From contig LVLI01000319.1 of NCBI GenBank assembly GCA_001687465.1, positions 1 to 64,000 on the forward strand: 64,000 nucleotides of DNA, written 5' to 3'. Both the position numbers and the translations under genes were made by a program. The stretch comes from Halocafeteria seosinensis (Eukaryota). Shown here piece after piece: positions 63,710-64,000 of this stretch. The notes beneath the pieces are model-generated. The model worked only from the letters and a program-made list of their open reading frames with translations, was not told the origin of the DNA and did no database searches. Position 1 is the first letter of the stretch. Each line of letters opens with the position of its first letter.

Positions 63710-64000
63710 ATGAAACGAAACCGAACAGAAGCTGGCGGAAGAGGATACGAAAGGTACGTGCCTGTCCGCCAACCTCAAGGTCAACAGCAGGGGTACCGAT
63801 CATGGAGTTCTCTGTCGCCGCCCTACACTCCATATGTGCATTGGATCTACCGTGCAAGTATAAATGCAATGTATTGTCCAGTGGCAAGAGGCAGGGGGTA
63901 TCGTCTTTGGTTTTGGAATACTGTAGAAGCTTCGTCAAGTCCGTAGAGAAGCTCGACCGACAGGATCCGTCCTTTGTACAGTTGCTAGGTCATCTGATCC
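63710..64000 (+). CDS. Possible first exon(s) of a further gene, perhaps a third bHLH-PAS paralog, truncated by the window end
   Basis: ATG at 63710 gives MKRNRTEAGGRGYER followed by a gtacgt donor, resembling the copy-2 first exon MKRVRRTDQTPSTEGSGNR|gtaagt. No domain is visible within the window. Confidence 0.3.

Overview
Gene-dense eukaryotic DNA with short GT-AG introns (roughly 45-105 nt). The gene content suggests a protist, probably a flagellated stramenopile (inferred from a RyR-domain polycystin channel, single-PAS bHLH-PAS factors and ciliary-type WD40 genes). In order, the window holds: a frameshifted non-LTR retrotransposon remnant, SCO1, selenocysteine elongation factor eEFSec, CCDC77, an Aurora kinase, a ~2100-aa polycystin-type channel, a bacterial-style UvrD/AdnA-like helicase-nuclease, an ARM-repeat protein, SF3B2, a large Cys-rich multi-pass receptor-like protein, ACAD8, a hypothetical protein, RAD16-like, two tandem EF-hand/WD40 proteins, UBE2E-like, a TBC RabGAP, an MFS transporter and two (possibly three) tandem bHLH-PAS genes. 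The best novelty candidate is the channel, which carries an N-terminal, apparently catalytically altered nicotinamidase-like domain ahead of ankyrin, Zn-finger-like and RyR domains, and may be a nicotinamide-sensing Ca2+ channel. Next are the intron-containing dead-helicase/Fe-S nuclease and the near-zero spacing between convergent genes. All family calls come from motif recognition by eye and all exon boundaries are manual predictions; no database searches were run.
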